From Acidimicrobiaceae bacterium (lineage in GTDB: Bacteria > Actinomycetota > Acidimicrobiia > Acidimicrobiales > JACDCH01), in contig JBEEGH010000032.1 in NCBI GenBank assembly GCA_041166745.1, forward strand, positions 37,329 to 101,328: 64,000 nucleotides of DNA. Direction: 5' to 3'. Below the pieces are notes generated by a model. The model made no database searches. It saw only the letters and a program-made list of their open reading frames with translations, and was not told the origin of the DNA. Positions 27,145-37,047 of this stretch are shown piece after piece (position 1 is the stretch's first letter; every line of letters starts with the position of its first letter). The translations under genes and the position numbers were made by a program.

Positions 27145-27669
27145 TCAACCTTGCAGCTGGGCGATCTTGCTGAGGATCGTCTTGCGGCCGCGGTGGGCGG
27201 CTTCGTAGTCGCGGACGGCCGCGAGCTCGGCATCCGCCAGACCTTCGAGGCGGGGAACGACCTGCGACGCCGAAAGGCTGTCGTAGTCCGTGATGGCCAG
27301 CTCGGCGGCCCCGGGACCGTGCGCCGGGGTGCTCGCCACGGGTGCCGACGTCTGCGTCGCCGGCGTCGTCGAGGTCGCGGTCGACGTCGCCGTCGCCGGA
27401 CCATTGCTCGACGGCCTCGTGGGCGTCGTGCGGCTCGTGAACTGCTCGGCGACCTTCTGCACCTGCTTCTGCAACTGCGCGATCTGCTTCGGTGCCTCGC
27501 TCTCGATCGCGAACTTCCCGAACATGCGGGCCATGACCACCTGCTGGTGACCCTTTTCGATGAGCTGCGGCACGACCTCTTGCGCGTTCAGGACAAAGCC
27601 GAGGGGTGCGTAGAAGAAGAGGTCGAGGGCCTGCTCGATCGGAGACTTGTGTTCCGTCATCGAAGCCAT
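27145..27669 (-). CDS. hypothetical protein (possibly related to actinobacterial lipid-droplet-associated proteins)
   Basis: 174 aa. Amphipathic N-terminal half, Thr/Ala/Pro linker, and C-terminal DYDSLSASQVVPRLEGL..ELAAVRDYEAAHRGRKTIL module. The family assignment is from memory only. Confidence 0.55.
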   Translation of the reverse strand: MASMTEHKSPIEQALDLFFYAPLGFVLNAQEVVPQLIEKGHQQVVMARMFGKFAIESEAPKQIAQLQKQVQKVAEQFTSRTTPTRPSSNGPATATSTATSTTPATQTSAPVASTPAHGPGAAELAITDYDSLSASQVVPRLEGLADAELAAVRDYEAAHRGRKTILSKIAQLQG

Positions 27670-27724
27670 GTTGGTCGATGCGCCCGAACGCAGGGAAATC
27701 TGGATTCGGAGCCGAGCCGGGCCG

Positions 27725-28171
27725 CTAAGCGGTGTGGACGATCAACACATCGCAGATCGCGTGATGTGACACCGAGCTCGCCACGCTGCCCAGGACGAAC
27801 CGAGCGGTTCCCGTGAGGCCTTTCGATCCCACGACGATCGCGTCGGCATTGAAGTCGGTGGCCGCCTCGAGCAGGACGTCCGGAGGGCTGCCCGGGATCG
27901 CTTGGGTGACCACGCCCTTCACGCCGAGCTCCGTGGCGATCTTGCGGCCCTCGACGGCCTTCTCCTCCGCTTGCGCCCGGTCGGTGAGGGCCCAACGGAT
28001 GTCGTCGGGAACTCCCTCGGTCTGCTTGACCAGGGCGTCGTCCTGGGGTTCGTAGGCCGTCACGACGACCAAACGAGCCCCGTGATCCTTGGCCAGCTGT
28101 CCCGCGTGCTTCACCGCCAGTTCAGCGGTCTCCGAACCATCCGTGCCGACGACGATGCTCGAGTAGGTCAT
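27725..28171 (-). CDS. universal stress protein (UspA family)
   Basis: IVVGTDGSE...A and C-terminal GSKGLTG...LGSVA..V...A.CDVLIV. ATG 28171 overlaps the upstream stop (TGATG). Confidence 0.85.
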   Translation of the reverse strand: MTYSSIVVGTDGSETAELAVKHAGQLAKDHGARLVVVTAYEPQDDALVKQTEGVPDDIRWALTDRAQAEEKAVEGRKIATELGVKGVVTQAIPGSPPDVLLEAATDFNADAIVVGSKGLTGTARFVLGSVASSVSHHAICDVLIVHTA

Positions 28172-28644
28172 CAGACACAGTCTGCACAGAATTTGCGTTT
28201 CGAGTCCGCCAGCTGGGAGCGAGGCTTCAGCAGGAAGCAGCTTTGGCAAACGAACTCGCCGGGGCGACGGGGTTGGATCTTGTTCGTGTCCCCCCGGTCG
28301 TCGACGTCGACGACCTCGTCCTCCTCGTCTTCCTCCTCGTCGTCAGCGGCGGCGATGCGGTCCTTGAGGATGGTGTCGAGGTCGGCCTCGACATCGTCGG
28401 GGTCGACCTCCTCGAGATCGTCCTCCTCGACGTCGTCATCGCCGGCCTTGGCCGGGCGCGCGGGGACGACCTCCTCTTCCTCTTCCTCCACGACGACCAG
28501 CTCGTCGTCGACCAGGTCGTCGTCGTCGACCAGATCGACTTCGTCGAGGTCGTCCTCATCCAGCTCGGCGTCGTCGAGTTCGAGGTCTTCCTCGATCTCC
28601 TCGTCCTCACCGTCGGGAGTCTCGTCCTCGGGGTCGTCAGGCAT
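28171..28644 (-). CDS. DUF4193-type protein (acidic N-terminus, C-terminal Cys motif)
   Basis: Long Asp/Glu tract, then RPGEFVCQSCFLLKPRSQLADSKRKFCADC, as remembered for DUF4193. Start ATG 28644. Confidence 0.75.
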   Translation of the reverse strand: MPDDPEDETPDGEDEEIEEDLELDDAELDEDDLDEVDLVDDDDLVDDELVVVEEEEEEVVPARPAKAGDDDVEEDDLEEVDPDDVEADLDTILKDRIAAADDEEEDEEDEVVDVDDRGDTNKIQPRRPGEFVCQSCFLLKPRSQLADSKRKFCADCV

Positions 28645-28744
28645 GTTGTGAGTAGTGCTCCGGTAGTCAGTTCCGGGGGATCCGCGGGCGGGGAGGATAC
28701 ACACAACTCACGAACGTGCAACCCCACCGGGGTCGATCAGGCGT

Positions 28745-29419
28745 CTAGCCGGAGGACGAGTCGGTGGCGCTCGGCGTCGGGGTGGAGGTGGTGGAGGCTC
28801 CTGGAGTGGCGGATGCGGCCAGTCCGGCGTTGACGTCGTTCACGTTGTCGACCTTCCACTCGCCGTTGATCTTCGCGAGATGCATCCGCAGGTACTGGTT
28901 GGGAACGACCTTCGTCACCTCGCCCACGACCACCAGGTCGATCACGACGATCACCTGCGCTTGGTCGCTCTCGACATCGCCGACGTACACGCCGCCCGGG
29001 GTGATCTGACCACGCTCGGACTTCACCTTGACCGCGAGGAGCAGCTTGCGGGTAGCAGGGATGGTCGCGTCGTACTGCTCGATGAGCGGGCCCGTCCCGA
29101 GTCGATGCACGACGGCGGACTCCGCGCTGTTGTCACCCTCGGCGTCGATGGCGGTCATCGCCTCCGCGAGCTGGGCCGCGACCGTGGCGACCGCCGTACG
29201 GTCGTCTCCGGACTTGTCTTTGTCGGCGCGCAATCTGATGTAACTCGCCGTCATCACGCTGGCGATCAGGCCGAACACGATTGCGAGGCCGCCGACCACG
29301 GTGAGCCAGCGCGCGACCGGGGCGCGGCGGTCGGGCGCGACGTAGTCGGTCAGCTCTGGCGTGTCTTCTTCGGCCGCGTCGTCCGCGGTTTCCTCAGCCT
29401 CGGTTGTCGGCGGCACCAC
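28745..29419 (-). CDS. Mce-associated membrane protein (Mas-like)
   Basis: Acidic N-terminus, single TM (WLTVVGGLAIVFGLIASVMTA) and an SnoaL-like C-terminal region. Lies immediately downstream of mceF, overlapping it by 26 nt. Confidence 0.7.
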   Translation of the reverse strand: MVPPTTEAEETADDAAEEDTPELTDYVAPDRRAPVARWLTVVGGLAIVFGLIASVMTASYIRLRADKDKSGDDRTAVATVAAQLAEAMTAIDAEGDNSAESAVVHRLGTGPLIEQYDATIPATRKLLLAVKVKSERGQITPGGVYVGDVESDQAQVIVVIDLVVVGEVTKVVPNQYLRMHLAKINGEWKVDNVNDVNAGLAASATPGASTTSTPTPSATDSSSG

Positions 29420-30671
29420 GAACCCACCGTAGGGCAGCGGCGGCGAGCAGCAGCGCCGCCCCCAGCCCGATCAGGGTCACGCCACCGGTCGCCGGAAGTT
29501 GGAGCGACGTGGTCGTTCGGGTCGTCGCGGCCGCCAGCTGCGACGGCACGAAGTCCGGACCAGACCCGGCCGGAACCGTCGACGTACACGCGGGTACGGC
29601 CAAAATCGGCGGGAGCTGATGCGGGGGCACGTACTGCGGAGCCGCATTGGTGGGGTCGGCCAGCAAGTTGACCCGAGCCCACGGCCCATCCGCCTCGTGA
29701 TCGAGAGCGTTCACCACCAGATCGAACGCGCCCTTGCCGTCCCGGAGAAGATCGCTCGTGCCTTGGACTCGGGCCGGCGTCGACGTGGCATCGATCACGT
29801 CCGCGAGGTCATGGAGGATGCAATCGACGTTGCTCTTTTGCGAGTCGACGAGGTCGGCAAGTTGACCCATCAGCTGGCTTCCTTCATCGAGCAGCACCGC
29901 GGTGTCGCCGTTCGCGTTCTTCAGTGAGTCCGCCAGCAAGCTGAGGTTCGTGAGCGCCTGGCCGAAGTCGCTCGCGTGGTCGCCGAGCACATGTGTGAGC
30001 CTGGTGTTGTTCGTGGCCAGGCGATCGAGCACATCGGTCTTCGCGGCGAATGTGGCTGACAGCTCGTCCGCCGCGATCGTCAGCTTGTGTAGCGAGTCTC
30101 CCCGGCCGTCGAGGGCCAGCGCGAGCTCGTGGATCAGCGAGCCGGCCTTCTGCGCGTCGACATGACTCAGCAGGTTGCCGAGTGACCGCAACAGCTCGGA
30201 GAACTCGAGCGGATTCTGCGTGTGATCGATCGGCACGTTGTCGCCGTTGCGTAGGAAGTCGCTGGGTTGCGCGTGCTGCGTATCGAAGTCGGCCGGCGGG
30301 TTGAAGTCGATGTACGGCTCGCCGATCGCCGACTTCCGGAAGATGCGGGCAACGGCGTCCTTCGGAATGTCCTTCTTGTCTCTGTCCAGCTTCATCGTCA
30401 TCTTCACGCAACCGGATACCGGCTGGCCGTCCAACTTCCCGCAGCTGTCGGCGCCCGTCTTGCGCTCCACCGCGGTCACGCGTCCGTAGTGCACGCCGAG
30501 GTAAGCGACTTCCGCGTTCGGCAGGATGCCCGACGCCGCCGCGAACTCTCCAGTGACCGTGTACGGCTTGTCGATGCGGTCGATGACGACGATGTTCTGC
30601 ACCGCCCACAGGCACATCACGAAGAAAACGAGCATGAAGAACACGAGGTTCACGAGCGTGCGCCTGCTCAT
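29394..30671 (-). CDS. mceF: Mce-family protein, sixth in the operon
   Basis: N-terminal TM (LVNLVFFMLVFFVMCLWAV) and an MlaD/Mce domain (YTVTGEFAAASGILPNAEVAYLGVHYGRV). ATG 30671 overlaps the mceE stop (ATGA). Confidence 0.85.
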   Translation of the reverse strand: MSRRTLVNLVFFMLVFFVMCLWAVQNIVVIDRIDKPYTVTGEFAAASGILPNAEVAYLGVHYGRVTAVERKTGADSCGKLDGQPVSGCVKMTMKLDRDKKDIPKDAVARIFRKSAIGEPYIDFNPPADFDTQHAQPSDFLRNGDNVPIDHTQNPLEFSELLRSLGNLLSHVDAQKAGSLIHELALALDGRGDSLHKLTIAADELSATFAAKTDVLDRLATNNTRLTHVLGDHASDFGQALTNLSLLADSLKNANGDTAVLLDEGSQLMGQLADLVDSQKSNVDCILHDLADVIDATSTPARVQGTSDLLRDGKGAFDLVVNALDHEADGPWARVNLLADPTNAAPQYVPPHQLPPILAVPACTSTVPAGSGPDFVPSQLAAATTRTTTSLQLPATGGVTLIGLGAALLLAAAALRWVRGAADNRG

Positions 30672-31648
30672 CCGCAACTCCCGTCGGTGGGATTGCAGAC
30701 GGCGAACCACGCGTACACCTGTGCGAACTGGTGCGGGATCCCCTGGGGGACCTTGTAGACGAAGTTGTTGATCCAGTCGAGCAGGAGGGCCACCTCCTGG
30801 CGACCCTCGGTGACCTTGCCCAGGATGGCGTCCACCTGCTTGATCTGGAGGTCGACCTGCTGGACATACGGGTCGAAGACGAGATCGTTCTGCGCCTGAA
30901 CGAGCCGCGTGAGCGCCTGCAACGTGTCGATGAGCTGCTGACGGTTGTTCGCCAGAACGGTGGTCGTGTTCGTGAGGTTGACCAGCAGTTGATCGAGACC
31001 CTGGCTGTCGGCCGCCAGTGCGGACGTCGCCTGGTCGAGCCCGTCGATGATCGCCTGGATGTTGGCGGTCTGATCGGCCAGTCCCGAGCTCACGACGGCG
31101 AGATCGTCGATGAGGCCCCGCAACTCCTCGCCCCGTCCGGCGAAGCCGACGGACCCGGTCTGGACGAGCGTGGCGAGGTCGTTGGCCGCCACCCCGCCGA
31201 GCAGCCGGATGGCCTGATCGGCCACGAACTCGAGCTCGGGAGCCTCGGTGGTGCGAGTCACCGGGATGTCGGTGTGATCCTTCTGGCCGAGCGTTGCGGT
31301 GCCCGCTTGGCAACCGGTGTCGAGATGAGCCGGTGACGGGTCACAGGCCCGCAGCGACACGAACTTCTCACCGAGCAGTGACGTCTGCCGTAGCTCCGCG
31401 ACGGCATCGGCCGGAAGGTGCACGTCCTCGATCGACATGGTGACCTTCGCCTTGAAGTCTGCCGTCAACTCGATCTTGCTGATCGATCCGACACGAACGT
31501 CGGCCACCTGCACCGCGTGATTCTCGACGAGGTCACCGATGTCGTTGAACGTCGCGGTGATCGTGAGCGGCCCCTTCTTGGATCCAGGAAGCGAGCAGCC
31601 GCCTGTGACGACCAGCGCAACCATCGCGACGGCGATCGAGCGTCTCAC
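30668..31648 (-). CDS. mceE: Mce-family lipoprotein, fifth in the operon
   Basis: Lipobox VVTGGCS, Mce domain (LTITATFNDIGDLVENHAVQVADVRVGSI). GTG 31648 overlaps the mceD stop (GTGA). Confidence 0.85.
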   Translation of the reverse strand: MRRSIAVAMVALVVTGGCSLPGSKKGPLTITATFNDIGDLVENHAVQVADVRVGSISKIELTADFKAKVTMSIEDVHLPADAVAELRQTSLLGEKFVSLRACDPSPAHLDTGCQAGTATLGQKDHTDIPVTRTTEAPELEFVADQAIRLLGGVAANDLATLVQTGSVGFAGRGEELRGLIDDLAVVSSGLADQTANIQAIIDGLDQATSALAADSQGLDQLLVNLTNTTTVLANNRQQLIDTLQALTRLVQAQNDLVFDPYVQQVDLQIKQVDAILGKVTEGRQEVALLLDWINNFVYKVPQGIPHQFAQVYAWFAVCNPTDGSCG

Positions 31649-32892
31649 GATGCGCCCACCGCCGCGGCGGCAGCGGACCGCAGGAAGCCTCCGATGGTGC
31701 CGGCGCCGTCGGCGATCCGGTCGGCGTTCGAGGGCGGCGGTGCCGGCGACTGCGTAGGAGCTCGCAGCAGACCGAGCAGGTCGTCGACCGGCGTCGTGGC
31801 GTGCGGTACGGCAATCGTCGCCGGCGAACCCTTGGCGAGGGAGATGATGTTCTCGCACGTCTGTAACACGGGGGCACACACGGTCGGCGGCGCGACCCCT
31901 GGGCCGAAGAGGAATTCCCACAACGGACCGAGCACTTCTTGCGCCGCGGGGCCGAAGTTCTCCCGCAGGTTGAAGGCTCGAAGCTCCGGGTTGTAGGCCC
32001 CCTTGATCCCCGCGACGAGGAGCGGACCGGAATCGAGCAGCTGCACGAGCGTGTCGAGGTTGACGTCGATCGACTGCGCCAGCCGCGTGAGGGTGTCGAG
32101 GTCGGTCCGCAGCTGTTGTGAATGCTTCGACACGAGGGTCAGACCATCGCGAGACAGATCGGCCAGACCGGCGAGCAGGTTCTCGAGGCCCTGACGCTCG
32201 TCGGCGAGCACTTGGGTCGCCTGCGAGAACGTCGTGAGGATCTCGCCGAGCTGCGTCTCGCGCGTGGTCAAGGTGGCCGTGAACTTGTCGAAGTGATCGA
32301 CGATGTCGGCGAGCTGCTGGTCCTTGTCCGCGAACGTCACGACGATCTGGCTGACCTGATCCAGCGCGTGGTTGAGCGTCGGGCCCTGACCCTGGAGGTC
32401 GTCCGAGAGGTTGTTGATCAGCTTGCCCAATCCCTCGGGGTCGAGTGCGTCGACGAACTTTTTCAGTTCTGCGAGCGCCTCATCGGGCTCGACCGGGATG
32501 ATCACGCGGTTCGGATCACTCGGCGTGTTGCGGAGCTCCATCCCGTCTGGGGCCTTCTCGACTCCTTGCTGCCATGCCGGGCTGAGTGCGATGTAGCGCT
32601 CGCCGATCAACGACTGCGGTGCGATGAGGGCGCTGACATCCTTGGGGACGGGGATGTTGCTCTCTATCGACATGACCACCTTGACCTCGGTGCCGACCAC
32701 CTCGACCGAGTCCACGGTCCCTGCGGGCAGGCCGAGCACCTTGACCTGCGACGACTTGTACACCGACACCGCGCGCGGGAAGTAGGCGATCAGCTTGTAC
32801 GTCTTGCCGCCGCCGCCGATGAACGAGCAGCCCGAGGCCAGCAGCATGCCCACCAGGGCGAGAGCCGTGAGCCGAACGGAAGCGCGCGTCAT
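31645..32892 (-). CDS. mceD: Mce-family protein, fourth in the operon
   Basis: Signal/lipobox LLASGCS, Mce domain (YKLIAYFPRAVSVYKSSQVKVLGLPAGTV). ATG 32892 overlaps the mceC stop (ATGA). Confidence 0.85.
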   Translation of the reverse strand: MTRASVRLTALALVGMLLASGCSFIGGGGKTYKLIAYFPRAVSVYKSSQVKVLGLPAGTVDSVEVVGTEVKVVMSIESNIPVPKDVSALIAPQSLIGERYIALSPAWQQGVEKAPDGMELRNTPSDPNRVIIPVEPDEALAELKKFVDALDPEGLGKLINNLSDDLQGQGPTLNHALDQVSQIVVTFADKDQQLADIVDHFDKFTATLTTRETQLGEILTTFSQATQVLADERQGLENLLAGLADLSRDGLTLVSKHSQQLRTDLDTLTRLAQSIDVNLDTLVQLLDSGPLLVAGIKGAYNPELRAFNLRENFGPAAQEVLGPLWEFLFGPGVAPPTVCAPVLQTCENIISLAKGSPATIAVPHATTPVDDLLGLLRAPTQSPAPPPSNADRIADGAGTIGGFLRSAAAAAVGAS

Positions 32893-33932
32893 GGGCCGCA
32901 CACCCCGGGGTTCGAGGTGAGCCCGAGGGCCTCGCACATCGTCTGCGTCACGTCAGGTCCGAGCGAACGGATGAAGAGGTCGAGCCACGGACCATGCGAG
33001 CCCGCGAGCGACTGTTGGTAGAAGCCCGGACCGAGCCAGGCCAATGCGACGTCGATCTGCTGCTGATTGTTGGCCACGACCTCCAAGGTCGGGTGGAGCG
33101 TGGAGAGGATCCGGTCGAGCTCTTGCTGGTGCACGCCGATGATGCGCGCCAGCTGCACGACGGCATCACTGCCCTCTCCGAGCGCGCGCGCCAACTCATC
33201 GCGCCGACCCGCGAGCAGATCCAGGATCCTCTTGCTCTCGTCGATCAGTGCAACAAGCGTCTGATCCTTGTCGGCCAACGTCTGCGACAACACGTCGGCG
33301 CGGTCGAGGAGTTGGCCGAGGTCCGCGTTCCGGAGGTTGATGGCGGTCGAGACCTTGTCCAGGCCGGACACGAGGTCGGCCACCGACTGTTGCTTGCCCT
33401 CTGTGACCCCGGCCAGGTCGTTGATGAACTGGTTCAACTCCTCGGTGTTGAGCTGCTTGATGCCCTCCGTGCCGATGCGCGTCAGCTTGAAGATGTCGAA
33501 CGGGGTGGTGGTGCGGCTCACGGGGATCGTGCGGCGTTGGTCGCTCTTGGGCAAGTCCTCGATGTACGGCTTCTTGAGCGGCAGTGGGCTCTTCAGCCGC
33601 ACGTACTTGGCCCCGAGCAGGGTCTCGAGCGCGATGTCGGCGGTCGAGTCCGCGCTCAGGTGCACGCCCTTGTTCACGACCAGGTCGACGATGACGAGCC
33701 CGTTCTCGCGGTCGGCCTTGATGTCGGTGACGCGGCCGGACTTCACGCCCGCAACGCGCACCGTGTCTCCCGTCTTCAGTCCGGAGGCATCGCTGAACTC
33801 GACGCGAACGTCGTAGGTGTGCTCGAGGAGGTGGAACAGGCCGACGCCGAACGCGGCTCCGGTGATCGCGCCGATCACGAGGATCGAGACGAGACCAACG
33901 AGGTACGGGTTCATGTCTCGGAACGACCTCAT
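32889..33932 (-). CDS. mceC: Mce-family protein, third in the operon
   Basis: N-terminal TM and Mce domain (YDVRVEFSDASGLKTGDTVRVAGVKSGRV). ATG 33932 overlaps the mceB stop (ATGA). Confidence 0.85.
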   Translation of the reverse strand: MRSFRDMNPYLVGLVSILVIGAITGAAFGVGLFHLLEHTYDVRVEFSDASGLKTGDTVRVAGVKSGRVTDIKADRENGLVIVDLVVNKGVHLSADSTADIALETLLGAKYVRLKSPLPLKKPYIEDLPKSDQRRTIPVSRTTTPFDIFKLTRIGTEGIKQLNTEELNQFINDLAGVTEGKQQSVADLVSGLDKVSTAINLRNADLGQLLDRADVLSQTLADKDQTLVALIDESKRILDLLAGRRDELARALGEGSDAVVQLARIIGVHQQELDRILSTLHPTLEVVANNQQQIDVALAWLGPGFYQQSLAGSHGPWLDLFIRSLGPDVTQTMCEALGLTSNPGVCGP

Positions 33933-35020
33933 CGCGCGCTCCCGACGAGCAGCTGCTGCAGCGCATTGACGCCCGAGCTCGACGATGGAGCCCGCCCGCC
34001 GATGTCGTTGGCCGATGCTGGCAACACCGTGCCGGGCGGTTGATGGCACACCGTGGTCGGATCTGGTGGGCCGTTCCGGAAGCACAGAATCGCCTGGTTG
34101 AGCCACTCCCCCAGTCGCGACGAGTTGAAGATGACCCGGGACGCCTGGTCGACCCCTTTGAGCGCGCTGTCGAGCTCGGCGAGCTTGGGGCCGACGACCT
34201 CTGCCGTGACGAGGTCGAGGTTGCTGATGATGCGGTCGATCTCGGCGGCGTTGTTGGCGAGAACCGCGTGCAGGTTGGCGCCGAAATCGCCGAACTCCTG
34301 AAGCGCGGTGTCGAGCGTGTCGGTGTTCGCGCTGAACGCGGCCGAGATGAGGACAAGGTTGTCGAGCATCACCCGGATCTGTTGATCGCGATTGGTGATC
34401 ACCCCCGCGACGGTGTTGAGGTTCGCGACGAGCCGGCCGATGCTCTCATCGCGCGATCCGAGCCCCTTCATGAGGACGCCGAGATCATCGATCGCCTTTC
34501 CGAGCTTGTCGGTGTTGCCGTCGAGCGCCTGTGTGATGGTGTCGAGGAAGTCGTTGACCTGGTGCTCGTCGATCGCGCTGACGATCGGCCCGAGCTCGTT
34601 GAACAGCTGCCCGAGATCGACCACCGATTGCGTGGCATTGATGTCCTTGCCGTCGACGAGGCGGGTGACCGTGTTGCGGCCGGGATAGAGATACACGAAG
34701 CGCTGGCCGATCAGATTGCGCCAGCGCACGGCGGCGGTCGTGTCGTCAGCGAGGGCGATGCTCTTCTTGACCGTGAAGGACACCTTCGCTCGTCCGTCGA
34801 CGACGCTGATCGACTTCACCTTTCCGACGACGACGCCGGCGATCTTCACGTTGTCGTTCGGCAGCAGCCCGGTGACGTCGTCGAACGACGCATTCAGCGT
34901 GTAGTAATCGCGCGCCAATGGATCCCTGATGCTGATGTTGCCGATCGTGAACGCGAGGTAGAGCGTGAACGAGAGACAGATCGCGACGAACACGCCGAAC
35001 TTGATCGCGGTACGAATCAT
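33929..35020 (-). CDS. mceB: Mce-family protein, second in the operon
   Basis: N-terminal TM and Mce domain (YTLNASFDDVTGLLPNDNVKIAGVVVGKV). ATG 35020 overlaps the mceA stop (ATGA). Confidence 0.85.
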   Translation of the reverse strand: MIRTAIKFGVFVAICLSFTLYLAFTIGNISIRDPLARDYYTLNASFDDVTGLLPNDNVKIAGVVVGKVKSISVVDGRAKVSFTVKKSIALADDTTAAVRWRNLIGQRFVYLYPGRNTVTRLVDGKDINATQSVVDLGQLFNELGPIVSAIDEHQVNDFLDTITQALDGNTDKLGKAIDDLGVLMKGLGSRDESIGRLVANLNTVAGVITNRDQQIRVMLDNLVLISAAFSANTDTLDTALQEFGDFGANLHAVLANNAAEIDRIISNLDLVTAEVVGPKLAELDSALKGVDQASRVIFNSSRLGEWLNQAILCFRNGPPDPTTVCHQPPGTVLPASANDIGGRAPSSSSGVNALQQLLVGSAR

Positions 35021-36186
35021 GCGGCGCCCAACATCGCGAGGTGCGCGAGCAACTGCTGCACGCCGGTGGGGTCGGAGACCGGGGTGTCGGGCCCGACGGT
35101 TCCCCCTGGTGCCGAGGCGGCACCGGCCGAGCTCTGGCTCAGCGCGCTGGCGGACGGCCCGGTGCAGCCGAACACGCCGGGCGCCGGACACGTGAGGCTC
35201 TTGACCGCGGCCATCAGCGTGCCGTCGGTACCCGTCGGGATGCGCGTGATCTCGGTCAGCGTCTGCAGGTACTCACGGAGACCGATGATCAGCGGAACGA
35301 TGTCGTTGCGTTGGTCGTAGAGAACGTTCAGCACCTCTTGGCCGCCACCGAAGCTCTTGTCGATGAAGTCCTTGTTGTTGCGCAACAGGTCGGCGACGTC
35401 ATTCGACAAGCGAGCGGTCTGCACGAGCAGCGAGTTCAACTTGTCGGCCCGGGCGTTCAGGGTCGGGAGCGCGATGTTGAGGTCGTCCGCCGCGGTCACG
35501 AGGTCGTCGGCCCGAACCCCCAACTGCTGCGCCAACTTGGCCAGGTCGGCCAGGAACTGTCGCGTGTCGGCGTCGTGCGCCGCGTTGACGTCGAGCACCT
35601 TTTCACTGTTGACGATCTGGCGGTTGATGCTGGGTCCGAGATCGCGGCCGGCCTCGGCCAACGTGTGGATCACCGTCATCAGCTCGCTCGGTTGGATCTG
35701 CTTCAGCAATGGATAGGCGTCGCCGAGCACCTTCTCCAGCTCGAAGCCGCCGACGGTGCAGGTGTGCTCGGGCTGTGCGTTCTTGTCGCACTTGTCGAGC
35801 AGCTCGCCGTTCTTCGAATAGAACGGGCCGGAGGCCTCGCCGCTCCCGGGGGCGATGTCGACGAACTTCTCACCGAACAGCGTCTTCGCCCGTACGGTCG
35901 CGATGGCCGACTCGGGAATCCGGTTGCTGGCAGTGATGTCCATCGTCACGAGGGCACGTCCGTCGACGAGGTCGACCTTCACCACCTTGCCGACGTTCAC
36001 CCCTCGGATCTTGACGTCGCTTCCTTTCTGCAGACCCTGGCCCGCGGCGTCGAAGCTCCCCTTCAGGATGTACGTGTCGTCGAACGCGCCGAAGCTCGCC
36101 GACACTCCGATGTCGATCGCGGCGAAGAGCAGCACGAGTGCGATGAGCCCGCTGATGACGTTCCGATTCCGAACAGTGAGCTTCAC
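35017..36186 (-). CDS. mceA: Mce-family protein, first in the operon
   Basis: N-terminal TM and Mce domain (YILKGSFDAAGQGLQKGSDVKIRGVNVGKV). GTG start at 36186. Confidence 0.85.
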   Translation of the reverse strand: MKLTVRNRNVISGLIALVLLFAAIDIGVSASFGAFDDTYILKGSFDAAGQGLQKGSDVKIRGVNVGKVVKVDLVDGRALVTMDITASNRIPESAIATVRAKTLFGEKFVDIAPGSGEASGPFYSKNGELLDKCDKNAQPEHTCTVGGFELEKVLGDAYPLLKQIQPSELMTVIHTLAEAGRDLGPSINRQIVNSEKVLDVNAAHDADTRQFLADLAKLAQQLGVRADDLVTAADDLNIALPTLNARADKLNSLLVQTARLSNDVADLLRNNKDFIDKSFGGGQEVLNVLYDQRNDIVPLIIGLREYLQTLTEITRIPTGTDGTLMAAVKSLTCPAPGVFGCTGPSASALSQSSAGAASAPGGTVGPDTPVSDPTGVQQLLAHLAMLGAA

Positions 36187-36189
36187 CCG

Positions 36190-37047
36190 CTACCCCGTCA
36201 GGCTCACGGTGTTGCCGCCGCCCCAGAAGATCAGCGACAGGACAAGATTCAGGACCACGACGGCAACGATGCTCAAACGAATGGCGCGGCCGACCGCCAC
36301 GCCCACGCCCGCCGGACCACCGCTCGCGTTGTAGCCGTAGTAGCAGTGGATCAGCGCCACGACCGTCGCGAAGAGCATCGCCTTCGTGAGGCTGAAGAAC
36401 ACATCCTTCACCGGCAGGTACAGATGGAAGTAGTAGTCGTACACACCCGTGGAAAGGCCGAACAGCTTCGTGCTGACGAGCCTCGTGGCGAAGAAGCTCG
36501 CGAAAAGCGAGATCAGGTACAGCGGGACGATCGCGATCAGCGCCGCGGTCACCCGCGTGGCCACGAGATACGGCTTGCTCGGCACGGACATCACTTCCAG
36601 CGCGTCGATCTCGTCGGAGATGCGCATGGCCCCCAGCTCCGCGGTGAACCCGGCACCGACCTGGGCCGCGAAGGCCACTCCTGCGATGAGCGGGGTCACC
36701 TCTCGTGTGTTGGCGAAGCTGCCGATCAGCCCGGTGAAAGCCTCTGCGCCGATCTGTTTCAAGCCGGCATAGCCCTGGAGTCCGACTTCGGTGCCGGTGA
36801 AGAACGACATCGAGAAGATCACGAACACCATGCCGCCACCGACGATCAGCGCACCTGCACCGATGGTGATGTCCGACACGAGGTTGAAGACCACGCTCCG
36901 GTACTTCCACTTGATCCGCCAGTTGAAGATGAGCTCGCCCATGATGTCGGCGTAGAAGCTGAGCTGCTTGCCGACCTCCTCCAGGGCGTTGCCGAGCGTG
37001 GTGACAATGGCCTTCGGAACGCGCGCAACGCGGGTGGTGGCGACCAT
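36190..37047 (-). CDS. yrbEB: YrbE/MlaE-type ABC permease
   Basis: Polytopic MlaE-like protein (MRISDEIDALEVMSV motif). ATG 37047 overlaps the yrbEA stop (TGATG). Confidence 0.85.
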   Translation of the reverse strand: MVATTRVARVPKAIVTTLGNALEEVGKQLSFYADIMGELIFNWRIKWKYRSVVFNLVSDITIGAGALIVGGGMVFVIFSMSFFTGTEVGLQGYAGLKQIGAEAFTGLIGSFANTREVTPLIAGVAFAAQVGAGFTAELGAMRISDEIDALEVMSVPSKPYLVATRVTAALIAIVPLYLISLFASFFATRLVSTKLFGLSTGVYDYYFHLYLPVKDVFFSLTKAMLFATVVALIHCYYGYNASGGPAGVGVAVGRAIRLSIVAVVVLNLVLSLIFWGGGNTVSLTG

